A stretch of 64,000 bases of DNA from Acidimicrobiia bacterium (GCA_035763745.1 DASUAO010000014.1:1252-65251), one strand, 5' to 3'; counted from the stretch's first letter, positions 17,607 to 27,306 are shown. Translations and numbers: made by a program. The notes: generated from the letters alone by a model not told the origin.

Positions 17607-18452
17607 TTAGGGCTGGAGCGCCACCATGTCAGCGAAGTGGCGCATGCCGTCGACGGCCTCGCGGGAGCGGCGCCAGGGGGCGAACACGAGGCGGGTGACG
17701 CCGATGTCGCTCCAGCGGGCGACGTCGTCGGCCGACTCGACCGGTCCGCCCAAGCAGTACTGGAAATCATCCGGGTCGCGTCCTTCGGCGCTCAACAGGT
17801 CGCGAAGCTTCGTGATCTGGGCCGCGCCGGAGTCGAAGTCGTGGTTCATGCCGATCCAGCCGTCCCCGGCGCGCGCAGCGCGTCGGAGCGCTGCGCCGCT
17901 CTCCCCGCCGACGAGGACCGGCGGGTACGGGGACTGGACGCACTTGGGTTCGAACACCGCCCCCTCGAACGAGAAGAACTCACCGTCGAAGGACACGTCG
18001 GCCTCGGTCCACAGGCGCTTGCACACCTCCAGCGCCTCGTCGACCCGTCGGCCGCGGGTCGCGAAGTTGAGCTCGGCGGCGACCCACTCCTCTTCGAGCC
18101 AGCTCGCGCCGATCCCGAACTCGACCCGTCCACCGGAGACGATGTCGAGGGTCTGCACGGCGCGGGCCGCCACGAACGGGTGGCGCAGGCCGAGGTTGTA
18201 GACGTGGGTGCCGAGGCGGACCCGTTCGGTGACGCCGGCCAGGTACGAGAGGTACGAGAACGCGTCGAAGATCGGCGTCTCGGGCGGAACGGGAGGGTGC
18301 GTCTCGCCGGGGTGCGGGCTCCGGCTCATCTTCGTGGTGAAGATGAGGTGCTCCGGGAGCCAGACCGACTCGAACCCGAGTCGCTCGGCCTCGAGGGTCA
18401 CGTCGACGAAGAAGGCGGGGTTCAGCCGCCCGAGCGCGATGCCGAACTTCAT
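17607..18452 (-). CDS. LLM-class (luciferase-like, probably F420-dependent) oxidoreductase
   Basis: M40 of track ORF 17607..18569: MKFGIALGRLNPAFFVDVTLEAERLGFESVWLPEHLIF...GRVEFGIGASWLEEEW...PPVLVGGESGAALRRAARAGDGWIG. Confidence 0.85.
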   Translation of the reverse strand: MKFGIALGRLNPAFFVDVTLEAERLGFESVWLPEHLIFTTKMSRSPHPGETHPPVPPETPIFDAFSYLSYLAGVTERVRLGTHVYNLGLRHPFVAARAVQTLDIVSGGRVEFGIGASWLEEEWVAAELNFATRGRRVDEALEVCKRLWTEADVSFDGEFFSFEGAVFEPKCVQSPYPPVLVGGESGAALRRAARAGDGWIGMNHDFDSGAAQITKLRDLLSAEGRDPDDFQYCLGGPVESADDVARWSDIGVTRLVFAPWRRSREAVDGMRHFADMVALQP

Positions 18453-18486
18453 GCCTCTTCCCTCATCGGCGCCTCGTCGATTCCGT

Positions 18487-19281
18487 TCACGGCAGGCCCG
18501 GATGCAGGGTGTACGTGCCGTCCTCGCCGCGCGTCCAACCGCCCGACGCCCAGTTGCCGCCGTCGACATGGATCGTCGTTCCCGTCACGAAGCGGCTCAT
18601 GTCGCCAGCGAGGTACATGGCCGCGCCGGCGACGTCGTCGACGTGGCCCGCGACCGGGAGCGGCGTGTGCACGCCCATCTCTTCGCCGATGCCGGGTGTC
18701 GGGATCACGTCGGGAGCGATGCAGTTCACGCGGACCAGCCGCGGTCCGAGCTCGAGCGCGAGGCTCTTGGTCAGGCTCGCGACGGCAGCCTTCATCGCCG
18801 AGTACACCGCGAAGCCGGGGCCGGCCCGGTGGGCCTCGATCGACGTGACGTTGACGATCGACCCGCCCCGGTCGGGGAAGTGCGGTGCCGCACTCCGCAC
18901 GAAGTTCGTGACGCTGGTGAAGTTCTCGCGGATGAGGGAGTCCTGACCCTTGGCGTTGACGTCGAGGAACGCCGAGTGGAACCCGCCGCCCGCGTTGTTC
19001 ACGAGCACGTCGATCGCACCGAGCTCGGCGACGGTCCTCGCCACGAACCCGTCGACCGCCTCGTCGTCGCGCACGTCGAGCTCGGCGGCCACGACCCGCC
19101 GTCCCATCGCCTCGATGGCTTCCGCCGTGGCGTCGAGGTTGGGGACGTCACGGTCGCAGATCGCCACGTGGGCACCGAAGCGGGCCGCGGCGACGGCGAT
19201 CGCCTCCCCGATCCCGACGGCCGCGCCGGTGACGACGACGACTCGGTCGGTGAGGAGCGCGCTCGACGGATCCAGGGCCAC
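18487..19281 (-). CDS. SDR family oxidoreductase
   Basis: In-frame GTG (V24) of track ORF 18487..19350; the ATG at 19350 would overlap the divergent gene start. VVVVTGAAVGIGEAIA, NNAGG, and YSAMKAAV (Y-x3-K). Confidence 0.85.
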   Translation of the reverse strand: MALDPSSALLTDRVVVVTGAAVGIGEAIAVAAARFGAHVAICDRDVPNLDATAEAIEAMGRRVVAAELDVRDDEAVDGFVARTVAELGAIDVLVNNAGGGFHSAFLDVNAKGQDSLIRENFTSVTNFVRSAAPHFPDRGGSIVNVTSIEAHRAGPGFAVYSAMKAAVASLTKSLALELGPRLVRVNCIAPDVIPTPGIGEEMGVHTPLPVAGHVDDVAGAAMYLAGDMSRFVTGTTIHVDGGNWASGGWTRGEDGTYTLHPGLP

Positions 19282-19312
19282 GGCGGCGCAGGCTAGTCCC
19301 GGGGTCCGTTCC

Positions 19313-19328
19313 CTGACAGGAGCGTCAG
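19313..19328. promoter_or_regulatory. 16-bp palindrome CTGACAggagCGTCAG (candidate operator)
   Basis: Perfect inverted repeat centred in the 67-bp divergent region between the two SDR genes (starts 19281 and 19349). Confidence 0.6.
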
Positions 19329-19348
19329 CAACGTGCGAAGGTGTCGCC

Positions 19349-20143
19349 ATGACCTACTCACTGCAGGGCAAGAAGGTGCTGGTCACCGGCTCGTCGGCCG
19401 GGATCGGCGCCGCGCTCGCCGAGGGCTTCGCGGCACGCGGCGCGACCGTGGGGATCTGCGGCCGTCGCACCGACCGGCTCGCCGAGGTGCTCGCGCGTGT
19501 CCAGGTGCACGCGCCGGAGTCGCGCTCGTGGACGATCGATCTCGCCGACCTCGACGGGATCGCGGCGTTCGCGGCCGACGTCGACGCCCAGCTCGGTGGC
19601 GTCGACGTGCTCGTGAACAACGCTGGGATCCCGAAGCGTCGTCACGTCACCCGCATCACCCCAGAGGAGGCCGAGGCGGTGATGCGCATCAACTACTTCT
19701 CCCCCGTCCGGCTCACGCTCGCGCTGCTCCCCGGGCTCATCGAGCGGGGCGGTCGGATCGTGAACCTGTCGTCGGTGGCGGCGCGCCTCGGCCCGCCGAT
19801 CGAGGCGTCCTACGCCGCGAGCAAGGCGGCGATCACCGCGTTCTCGGAGTGCATGGCGGTCGACCTGCGCGACACCGAGGTGAAGGTGCACATCGTGAAC
19901 CCGGGCGTCATCGACACCGAGCTGTTCACGCTGCCCGACAACGAGCCCGGGTTCCACAGCTCGGTCGACGCGCTCCCCGTCGACGCGATCGTGGAGCCCG
20001 TGGTCGCGATGCTCGACTCCGGAGCGATCGAGGGCTACGTCCCGGAGTGGTTCGCCGACGTGGTCGCCGGCAAGTTCAAGGACCCTGATGCCTTCATCGC
20101 GGGCTCGAAGGCCTACGCCACCCAGGTCGAAGCCGACCGCTAG
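19349..20143 (+). CDS. SDR family oxidoreductase
   Basis: M134 of track ORF 18950..20143: MTYSLQGKKVLVTGSSAGIGAALA...VLVNNAGI...YAASKAAITAF. Confidence 0.88.
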   Translation: MTYSLQGKKVLVTGSSAGIGAALAEGFAARGATVGICGRRTDRLAEVLARVQVHAPESRSWTIDLADLDGIAAFAADVDAQLGGVDVLVNNAGIPKRRHVTRITPEEAEAVMRINYFSPVRLTLALLPGLIERGGRIVNLSSVAARLGPPIEASYAASKAAITAFSECMAVDLRDTEVKVHIVNPGVIDTELFTLPDNEPGFHSSVDALPVDAIVEPVVAMLDSGAIEGYVPEWFADVVAGKFKDPDAFIAGSKAYATQVEADR

Positions 20144-20181
20144 GGCGTTCACGACGACCGCCGCCCCTCACCGCCCTCCCT

Positions 20182-20191
20182 TTTGGCGTCG
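20182..20191 (+). repeat. 10-bp direct repeat TTTGGCGTCG (left copy)
   Basis: Identical 10-mer recurs at 21183..21192. The two copies bracket the lower-GC AbiEi/DUF559 gene. Confidence 0.6.
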
Positions 20192-20203
20192 GAGAGACCC
20201 GGT

Positions 20204-21154
20204 TCAGCCCTCCTGTGCGACGCCAGAACGGTGGGCAATCGCGCGAACTGCAGCGGCGAGCCGCGCGCCACCCGCACGGACGTCGACAGCAGTCGCCGCG
20301 AGCGGCGTCCACCGCGCGGCTGCGATCTCATTCCTGCGCTGCGAGTCTCGGACGATGGCGTCCGCACCGAGATGCCACTCGTAGCTCTCGTACTCGATTG
20401 CGATCCGCCACTGCGGGTACGCAAGATCGACGCGCGCGACGAATCGACCACCGTGCCGGATCACGAACTGCCGTTGAGGCTCCGGTAGCCCGTGAGAGCG
20501 GAGGACCTGGACGACGCGCGTCTCCATCGGAGACTCGTTGGCGCGGGCATGAGGTTCACGAGCTGCGAGGATCGTTCGCAAGATGCCCGCACCGTTGCGT
20601 CCCCGGCGCCCGAGCCGGCGCAGCGCCTCCTCGAGTTCGTGGACCGTCACCATCTCCCGATGGAGCGCGCTCTCGACCGCGAGCTCGACAGTGAGGCGAC
20701 CCCGCACTGCCCCGAGATCGAGAAGCGTTCGAGCGACCGTCGAAACCGGGACGTTGTCGACCATCGTGATGTCGCGATGGTCGTGAGCCTTCGTCTCGTG
20801 CACGACCAGGCCATCGTGTCGCGCGCGGCGCCACCGCGGGCAGGTCAGCTCGGCGACGTCGCGTTGCCCGCCGGGGAGCTTCCAGAGTGCGGCGGCCGAT
20901 CGATGCGACGCGTATGCCCGAAAGCCGCCGGCCCAGCACGCACCGAGAAGCTCACCCCGCCAGAGCACTGGCGCGCCGGTGAGCCGGTAGGCGCACTCGT
21001 GCACCCGAGTCCAGGCACCCGACGACCGCCGCGCCTGGACCTCGTGCTTCGAGAATCCTGCTGCCCGCGCGTGTTCGAGGGAGAAGATTCCGTGGTGCGA
21101 GGCAGCGAATCGCGCGAGCTCCACGTCCTTGTCCGCCATGCGGACCGTCGACAT
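20204..21154 (-). CDS. AbiEi-antitoxin-like N-terminal domain / DUF559 endonuclease-like C-terminal domain protein
   Basis: 316-aa track ORF. N-terminus LARFAASHHGIFSLEHARAAGFSKHEVQARRSSGAWTRVHECAYRL. C-terminus PMETRVVQVLRSHGLPEPQRQFVIRHGGRFVARVDLAYPQWRIAIEYESYEWH (Vsr/DUF559-like). Sampled lines are about 62-68% GC against clearly higher flanks. Confidence 0.75.
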   Translation of the reverse strand: MSTVRMADKDVELARFAASHHGIFSLEHARAAGFSKHEVQARRSSGAWTRVHECAYRLTGAPVLWRGELLGACWAGGFRAYASHRSAAALWKLPGGQRDVAELTCPRWRRARHDGLVVHETKAHDHRDITMVDNVPVSTVARTLLDLGAVRGRLTVELAVESALHREMVTVHELEEALRRLGRRGRNGAGILRTILAAREPHARANESPMETRVVQVLRSHGLPEPQRQFVIRHGGRFVARVDLAYPQWRIAIEYESYEWHLGADAIVRDSQRRNEIAAARWTPLAATAVDVRAGGARLAAAVRAIAHRSGVAQEG

Positions 21155-21182
21155 GCATGGATCGAGGCGGTGACGCAGCCGA

Positions 21183-21192
21183 TTTGGCGTCG
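21183..21192 (+). repeat. 10-bp direct repeat TTTGGCGTCG (right copy)
   Basis: Partner of 20182..20191. Also forms a hairpin with CGACGCCGAAA at 21220..21230. Confidence 0.6.
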
Positions 21193-21240
21193 AACCACCC
21201 CGCGTGAGCCGACCTCAGCGACGCCGAAACGGGGGGTGGC

Positions 21241-21999
21241 TCAGTCGAAGAGGTCGGGCTGCTCCCGAGTGATCTTGTCCCAGAGGGGCGAGAAGCTGAA
21301 GTGCCCCGAGAGATGCGAACCGACCTGGGTCGCCGTGAGCGCGGCGTTCGCCGGGTCGATCGACACCGGGTCGCCCGCGGCCTCGGCGAGCAGCTGCGCC
21401 TGGCAGGTGCGCTCCATCGTGATGAACCACCACGCGGCCTCGTCGACGGAGTGCCCCACGGTGAGCAGCCCGTGGTTGGCCAGGATGACGGCCTTCGCGT
21501 CGCCGAGCGCGTGGCCGATGCGCTTGCCCTCCTCCAGGTCCAGCACCACGCCGGTGAAGTCGTCGAACAACGCGTGGTCGTCGTAGAACGCGCACGAGTC
21601 CTGCGTGAGCGGGTCGAGCTTGCGTCGGAGCGACGACCACGCCTTGCCGTGGACCGAGTGCGCGTGCGCCGCCGCGATCACGTCGGGTCGGGCCGCGTGC
21701 ACCTGCGAGTGGATCGCGAACGCCGCCCGGTTCAGCAGCGCGTCGCCCTCGACGACCTCGCCCTCGTGGTTCACCCGGATCAGGTCCGACACGCGGATAT
21801 GCGAGAACGGCATCCCGAGCGGGTTGACCCAGAAGTGGTCGAGGTGCTCGGGGTCGCGCGCGGTGATGTGCCCCGCCACGCCCTCGTCGAACCCGAACTT
21901 GCCGAACAGCCTGAACGCGGCCGCGAGGCGCTGCTTGCGGTGCAGCCGCTCCTCCTCGATCGTGTCGAACGTGGGCTGATAGCTCGTCATCGCATCCAT
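21241..21999 (-). CDS. class II aldolase/adducin family protein
   Basis: Track ORF 21241..22032, with the start taken at MDAMTSYQ (M12). GHITARDPEHLDHFWVNP, AAHAHSVHGKAWS and ILANHGLLTVGHSVDEAAWWF are typical of the family. Confidence 0.85.
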   Translation of the reverse strand: MDAMTSYQPTFDTIEEERLHRKQRLAAAFRLFGKFGFDEGVAGHITARDPEHLDHFWVNPLGMPFSHIRVSDLIRVNHEGEVVEGDALLNRAAFAIHSQVHAARPDVIAAAHAHSVHGKAWSSLRRKLDPLTQDSCAFYDDHALFDDFTGVVLDLEEGKRIGHALGDAKAVILANHGLLTVGHSVDEAAWWFITMERTCQAQLLAEAAGDPVSIDPANAALTATQVGSHLSGHFSFSPLWDKITREQPDLFD

Positions 22000-22069
22000 C
22001 CCGCGATCGTATTGCACCGTCACGATGAGCATCCGCGGCTCGGGATGGGCCGACCATTACCGTGCATCG

Positions 22070-22801
22070 ATGGACATCGACGTCGGACAGGTCCGTCCGA
22101 AGCGACGTCTCGAACCCACCTCGACGGGCACAGTGCTCGCCCTCACCGGCGCGATCGTCGGCCTGTCTGTGCTCGGGTTTGCTGCGATCAGGACCCAGGG
22201 CAATATCCCGGTCGGCCTCCTGACCCGCGACCCCGCGGCAACCACCGGGGCCGCCTGGTACCTCGGGCTCACCTCGCAGATCGGGATGATCGGCTGGGCA
22301 TGGGCGGCGGCTGTGTTCGGGTTCGCAGCGCTGCTCCTCACCACGGCCGCTCGCAGTTCCGCGACCGGCACGACGACCGGCACCGGCCGGCCACGGTGGG
22401 CGCTGTTCCTCGCGCTCGGTGCGGCGTGGAGCACGGTCATGCTGGTCGACGACACGTTCCTGCTCCACGACGACCTACTCAAACGCGCCCTCGGATCCGA
22501 GACGCCGATCGTTCTCGCGTATGCCGCGCTCCTCGGCGCATGGCTGGCGCTCGTCGTCCGCACGCTCCCGCGCGTGACCTACGTACCGCTCGTCGTTGCA
22601 TTGAGCGGGTTCGCCGTCTCCGCGCTGGTCGACTTCGCCTGGACGGCGAACGATCCGACCCGCCTGGCGATCGAGGACGGTGCGAAGTTCCTCGGCATCT
22701 GGTCGTGGGCGCTCTTCGCCGTGGTGCTCGGCGCAACAGTTCTCACGGAAGACGGCGCGCGCGCGCCGATCGTGACGAGCCCGTCGCTCACGAACGCCTG
22801 A
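22070..22801 (+). CDS. hypothetical integral membrane protein
   Basis: Track ORF 22025..22801, with the start taken at MDIDVG. About 6 hydrophobic segments (VLALTGAIVGLSVLGFAAI, IGMIGWAWAAAVFGFAALLL, WALFLALGAAWSTVMLV...). I recognise no family. Confidence 0.6.
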   Translation: MDIDVGQVRPKRRLEPTSTGTVLALTGAIVGLSVLGFAAIRTQGNIPVGLLTRDPAATTGAAWYLGLTSQIGMIGWAWAAAVFGFAALLLTTAARSSATGTTTGTGRPRWALFLALGAAWSTVMLVDDTFLLHDDLLKRALGSETPIVLAYAALLGAWLALVVRTLPRVTYVPLVVALSGFAVSALVDFAWTANDPTRLAIEDGAKFLGIWSWALFAVVLGATVLTEDGARAPIVTSPSLTNA

Positions 22802-22810
22802 TCGTCGCGA

Positions 22811-24286
22811 TCAGGCGGCGTCGGCCGGGAGGCCGACGGTCTTGATCTCGAGGTACTCCTCGAAGCCCTCGATGCCGTGCTCTCGACCGATGCCGCTGTC
22901 CTTGTAGCCCCCGAAGGGCGCGTCGGGCCCGAACCACCCGCCCCCGTTCACCGACACGGTCCCGGTTCGGATGCGCTTGGCGACGCCGAGCGCCCGGTCG
23001 AGCGACGCCGACACCACCCCACCGGACAGGCCGAAGCGCGAGTTGTTGGCGATGCGCACCGCGTCGTCGTCGTCGGTGTACTTGAGCACCGCGAGCACCG
23101 GCCCGAAGATCTCCTCCTGGGCGATCGTCGCGTCGGGGTCGACGTCGACGAAGAGCGTTGGCTCCACCCACCAGCCCTTCTCGAACTGCGGTGGCCGGCC
23201 GCCCCCGACGACCAGGCGGGCACCCTCGGCCTTGCCCTTCTCGATGTAGCCGAGCACCTTGTCGCGCTGGGACTCGTTGATGAGCGGGCCCATCATGTTC
23301 GACACGTCGGTCGGGTCACCGTAGGGGAAGGCCTTGAACGCGGCCTCGAGCAGCTCGACGCCCTCGTCGTAGCGCGACTCGGGCAGCAGCATGCGGGTCG
23401 TGATCGCGCATCCCTGGCCGGCGTGCATGCAGGTCATCGCGCCGCTCGGCACGACGGACGCGAAGTCGGCGTCGTCGAGGATGACGTTCGCCGACTTGCC
23501 GCCGAGCTCGAGGAACACACGCTTGAGCGTGTCGGCACCGTTCGCCATGATGCGCCGGCCGGTCGCGGAGGACCCGGTGAAGCTGATCATGTCGACCCGC
23601 GGGTCCCCGGTGAGCATCTCGCCGACCTCGGCCTTGTTCCCCGACGTGACGACGTTGAGCACGCCGGGCGGGAGGTCGGTCTCCTCAGCGGCGATCTTGC
23701 CGATCCACGTCGCGCTCCACGGGGTGTCGGGCGCGGGCTTCAGCACCATCGTGTTGCCGGCGGCCAGTCCCGCCGCGACCTTCGTGAGGTTCAGCATGAA
23801 GGGGAAGTTCCACGGCGTGATGGCACCGCAGACGCCGACCGCCTCCTTGTAGACGCGGCGCTTGCTCCGCATCCCCATGAAGTCGTGGATCGGGAGGTCG
23901 TACTCCCAGGTGTAGGAGTCGATCAGGTCGATCTCGTGCTGCATGTCGGCGACGGACGAGTCCTGCTGGACTGCATACGTGAGGGCGATCGGCGTCCCGA
24001 CCTCGGCGACGAGCTGGGGTCGCAGCTCCTCGGAGCGCGCGACGAGCGCGTCCTTGAGCTGCTGGAGGCAGTGCTTGCGCAGAGCCCGGTCCGTGGACCA
24101 CTCGGTCTCGTCGAACGCACGCCGGGCCGCGGCGATCGCCCGCTCCATGTCGTCGACGCCGCCGTCGGCGACTTCTCCGATGACCTCCTCGGTCGCGGGG
24201 TTCACGTTGGCGAACATGGCGCCCGAAGCGGCATCCACCAGCTCGCCGTCGATCAGCATCCGGTGCTCGGCTGTGATGTCAGTCAT
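22811..24286 (-). CDS. NAD(P)-dependent aldehyde dehydrogenase
   Basis: 491-aa track ORF. ITPWNFPF, FTGSSATGRRI, ELGGKSANVI, MHAGQGCAITTRML and EEIFGPVLAV. Confidence 0.92.
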   Translation of the reverse strand: MTDITAEHRMLIDGELVDAASGAMFANVNPATEEVIGEVADGGVDDMERAIAAARRAFDETEWSTDRALRKHCLQQLKDALVARSEELRPQLVAEVGTPIALTYAVQQDSSVADMQHEIDLIDSYTWEYDLPIHDFMGMRSKRRVYKEAVGVCGAITPWNFPFMLNLTKVAAGLAAGNTMVLKPAPDTPWSATWIGKIAAEETDLPPGVLNVVTSGNKAEVGEMLTGDPRVDMISFTGSSATGRRIMANGADTLKRVFLELGGKSANVILDDADFASVVPSGAMTCMHAGQGCAITTRMLLPESRYDEGVELLEAAFKAFPYGDPTDVSNMMGPLINESQRDKVLGYIEKGKAEGARLVVGGGRPPQFEKGWWVEPTLFVDVDPDATIAQEEIFGPVLAVLKYTDDDDAVRIANNSRFGLSGGVVSASLDRALGVAKRIRTGTVSVNGGGWFGPDAPFGGYKDSGIGREHGIEGFEEYLEIKTVGLPADAA

Positions 24287-24345
24287 GGGAAGGTTCTCCT
24301 CAGCGGTGATCCGGAACGCGACGAGCGTACCGCTACCCTCGCCGT

Positions 24346-25899
24346 GTGCGGATCGCCGCGCTCGACCTCGGCACGAACTCCTTTCATCTCCTCGTCGCCG
24401 ACGTGCACCCCGACGGGCACTTCGAGACGATCGCGACCGAGAAGGCCATGCTCCGCCTCGGCGACGTGGTCGCCCGCCACGGCCGGATCACCGACAGGGC
24501 GGCCGATGCCGCGGTGGCCGCGGTGCGCCGGTTCGTCCTCATGGCCGAGGCGGCCGGGGCCACCGAGATCCAGGCGTGCGCCACGAGCGCGATCCGATCT
24601 GCCACCAACGGCGATGCTGTCGTCGACCGGATCGACGCCGAAGCGGGCGTCGCGGTCGAGGTCATCAGCGGCCACCGGGAGGCAGAGCTGATCTTCGGGG
24701 CGATCCGCGCCGGCGTGCTGCTCGAGCCGGCGCCGGCACTGTGCTTCGACGTCGGCGGCGGGAGCGTCGAGATCATGGTGGGAGACGCGGGCGGGCTCCA
24801 GTGGGCCACGAGCGAGCACCTCGGCGTCGGGCGCCTGACCGCCGACTTCGTCGCCAGCGACCCGATCTCCAAGCACGACCGCAACCGGCTGCGGGCGCAC
24901 CTCGTCGAGGTGCTGGAGCCGATCGCGGAGACCGTCGCCCGCTTCACACCGAAGCGCTTCGTCGGGAGCAGCGGCACGCTCGGCGACCTCGCGCACATGG
25001 TCGCCGCCCGTCGCAAGGAGGAGGTCCCGGTCTCGCTGAACCAGCTGAGCTTCACGCGCGACGAGTTCGAGCCGCTGCACAAGCTGATCCTCGGATCGAC
25101 CGCGGCCGAACGACTCCGGTTCGCGGGTCTCGAGGCCCGACGGGTCGACCTGATCGCCGCCGGCTCGCTGTTCCTCTCGACCGCGATGGAGCTGTTCGGG
25201 ATCGAGGAGATGGTGGTGAGCGAGTGGGCGCTCCGCGAGGGCATCGTCCTCGATGCGATCAAGCGCCGCGACCCGACGGAGTGGTCCGACGACCCCCGCG
25301 CCATCCGACGCGCGTCCGTCGAGGGACTGGCTCGGCGGTGCAACGTCCCCGAGACGCATTCGCGACGCGTCGCCGACCTCGCGGTCGAGCTGTTCGACGC
25401 AACCCAGGAGCTGCACGGGATGTCGAGCGACGACCGCGAGCTGCTCGAGTACGGCGCGCTGCTCCACGACATCGGCGAGCACGTCGCGTCCCACGGCCAC
25501 CACAAGCACGGGGCCTACCTGATCCGCTACGGGCAGCTGCGCGGCTTCACCCCGGAAGATGTCCAGCTCCTCGCCGGCCTGGCTCGGTGGCATCGGCGCG
25601 GGGAGCCCAAGGCCACCGAGGAGCTCCCGCTCGTCGACGTCGGCCGGCTGCGCCCGCTCACTGCGCTGCTCCGGCTGGCCGACGGACTCGACCGCGGTCG
25701 CAGCGGGGCCGTCGAGCACGTCGACGTGCGGATCGGCCCGTCACTCGTCGTGCTCCGGGTGCGGGCCGCCAGCGACTGCGAACTCGAGCTCTGGGGTGCA
25801 CGACGCAAGCGTGGATTGTTCGAGAAGGTGTTCGAACGCGACCTCGAGCTCACGGTCGCGCCGCTCGCGAAGGACGCCGACGCCTACGGGGTGACCTGA
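24346..25899 (+). CDS. Ppx/GppA family phosphatase with C-terminal HD-like domain
   Basis: 517-aa track ORF (GTG start). MRIAALDLGTNSFHLLVADV, FDVGGGSVEIMVG, later GALLHDIGEHVASHGHHKHGAYLI. Confidence 0.88.
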   Translation: MRIAALDLGTNSFHLLVADVHPDGHFETIATEKAMLRLGDVVARHGRITDRAADAAVAAVRRFVLMAEAAGATEIQACATSAIRSATNGDAVVDRIDAEAGVAVEVISGHREAELIFGAIRAGVLLEPAPALCFDVGGGSVEIMVGDAGGLQWATSEHLGVGRLTADFVASDPISKHDRNRLRAHLVEVLEPIAETVARFTPKRFVGSSGTLGDLAHMVAARRKEEVPVSLNQLSFTRDEFEPLHKLILGSTAAERLRFAGLEARRVDLIAAGSLFLSTAMELFGIEEMVVSEWALREGIVLDAIKRRDPTEWSDDPRAIRRASVEGLARRCNVPETHSRRVADLAVELFDATQELHGMSSDDRELLEYGALLHDIGEHVASHGHHKHGAYLIRYGQLRGFTPEDVQLLAGLARWHRRGEPKATEELPLVDVGRLRPLTALLRLADGLDRGRSGAVEHVDVRIGPSLVVLRVRAASDCELELWGARRKRGLFEKVFERDLELTVAPLAKDADAYGVT

Positions 25900-26525
25900 C
25901 CGGTCACGGTCTGGTGGAGGATCCGTGCGGTCGTCTCCACGAGGTCGTCGCGGTCGACCCCGAGTGGCTCGAGTTCGGCATGGAACGCGGCCATGCGCTC
26001 CATCATCGAGGCGAGCGCGGCAGCCGCCGCCATCGGCGCCATGCCGGCACCGACGCGTCCCTCGCGCTGTGCGGCCGCGACCTTGTCGGCGAGCCCTTCG
26101 CGCAGCGGGCGCAACGACTCGTTGCGGACGGCTCGGAATCGGTGGTCCCCTTCTTGCGCCGCGAGGTTGCGCGTCCGCAGCACTGCGCGGTGCGAGTCCC
26201 AGTACTCGATGAACGCGTCGACGAGTCGGCGGGCGACGGCGAGGCCGTCGGGCCCGCTCCAGTCGCGCGCGAGCAGGTCCCCGAGTGGCGCCAGGTCCTC
26301 GCCCACGTCTTCGGCCAGGGCCAGGACGGCCTCGTCCACGTCGCGGAAGTACTGATAGAAGGTCGCAGGCGAGGTCCCGACGTCGCGGGCGATGTCGACG
26401 ACGCGCAGTTCGCGCACCCCGGCGTCGTCGAGCAGCCGCGTGGTCGCCTCGAGGAGACGGCTGCGCGTGAGTGCGCCCCGCTTCCCCAGCGCGCGACCGT
26501 CGAGGGCGACGCCGTCAGTCGACAC
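25884..26525 (-). CDS. TetR/AcrR family transcriptional regulator
   Basis: In-frame GTG (V26) of track ORF 25884..26600, 11 nt after the upstream gene stop. TRSRLLEATTRLLDDAGVRELRVVDIARDVGTSPATFYQYFRDVDEAVLAL. Confidence 0.85.
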   Translation of the reverse strand: MSTDGVALDGRALGKRGALTRSRLLEATTRLLDDAGVRELRVVDIARDVGTSPATFYQYFRDVDEAVLALAEDVGEDLAPLGDLLARDWSGPDGLAVARRLVDAFIEYWDSHRAVLRTRNLAAQEGDHRFRAVRNESLRPLREGLADKVAAAQREGRVGAGMAPMAAAAALASMMERMAAFHAELEPLGVDRDDLVETTARILHQTVTGQVTP

Positions 26526-26536
26526 GGGCGCCCACG

Positions 26537-27259
26537 TTAGAGCGAGTCCCCGGCGGACATCAGCGTGCCCGGGTACGGCGTCATGAGCTCTTCGCGCCAC
26601 TCGGTGAGGAACTCACGGGCCCGCGCCCGCCAGGTCGCGATGCGGGCATCGGTCCCTTCGGTCGCGGCCTCCATGTAGCGGCAGTGGTCTTCGGTGCTGG
26701 TGGCCCAGATCGTCATGACCTCGGTGTCGGTGAGGAGCACCTCGTAGCTCCCGACCAGCGTGTGGCCGTACTCGGCTGCGATCGGTGCCCACTCGCTTCG
26801 GACGGCGGCCAGGTACTCCAGCGCGGCCCCGGCGCGGCACCGTGACAGCTCGTGCACGAAGACGCTGGCGTGGATCTCCGCGGCGGTGAGGTCGGCCATC
26901 GACGGACACCCCGGAGCACCGGCCATCACGCGGTCGATCCCGCCGGTACGCACCTTCAGCGCGTCGCGCCACCAGTCCTCGAGCTCGGGCGTGCGGGTCC
27001 GCCGCAGGTTCGTGCGCTCCATCAGCGCGCGCCAGCCGTTCCAACCGTCCACGCACTCCCACAGGTTGATCACCTGGGGCCAGCGCCCGGTGGATCCCAT
27101 CGTGTACCAGGTACCGACCAAGCCGAGCGTGCCCCCCGACGCATCGCCCGCGCCGCGGGCGGCGGTCAGCTCCATGTACGGCATCGCACCTTCGCCGACG
27201 ATGTCGATGATCTCGTGGAGGTACACGTTGCGCGTCGTACCGACCGGAGAACGAGGCAT
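26537..27259 (-). CDS. NIPSNAP-like tandem alpha+beta-barrel protein
   Basis: M139 of track ORF 26537..27673. Two repeats of a G-x-L-V-G-x-(W/Y) pattern: LGLVGTWYTMGSTGRWPQVINLWEC and HTLVGSYEVLLTDTEVMTIWAT. Family call is from memory. Confidence 0.5.
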   Translation of the reverse strand: MPRSPVGTTRNVYLHEIIDIVGEGAMPYMELTAARGAGDASGGTLGLVGTWYTMGSTGRWPQVINLWECVDGWNGWRALMERTNLRRTRTPELEDWWRDALKVRTGGIDRVMAGAPGCPSMADLTAAEIHASVFVHELSRCRAGAALEYLAAVRSEWAPIAAEYGHTLVGSYEVLLTDTEVMTIWATSTEDHCRYMEAATEGTDARIATWRARAREFLTEWREELMTPYPGTLMSAGDSL

Positions 27260-27306
27260 GGCGGCGGATCGTAGGTCCCGGATCGGGGCCGTGCCACGAT
27301 GACCTC

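Noticed and set aside
21216-21231. 16-mer CAGCGACGCCGAAACG shared between 21216..21231 and 49114..49129, each just downstream of a minus-strand stop codon.
   Set aside because: One exact 16-mer pair is about what chance allows in 64 kb of GC-biased sequence. I keep it only as a note because it contains the inverted form of the TTTGGCGTCG repeat.
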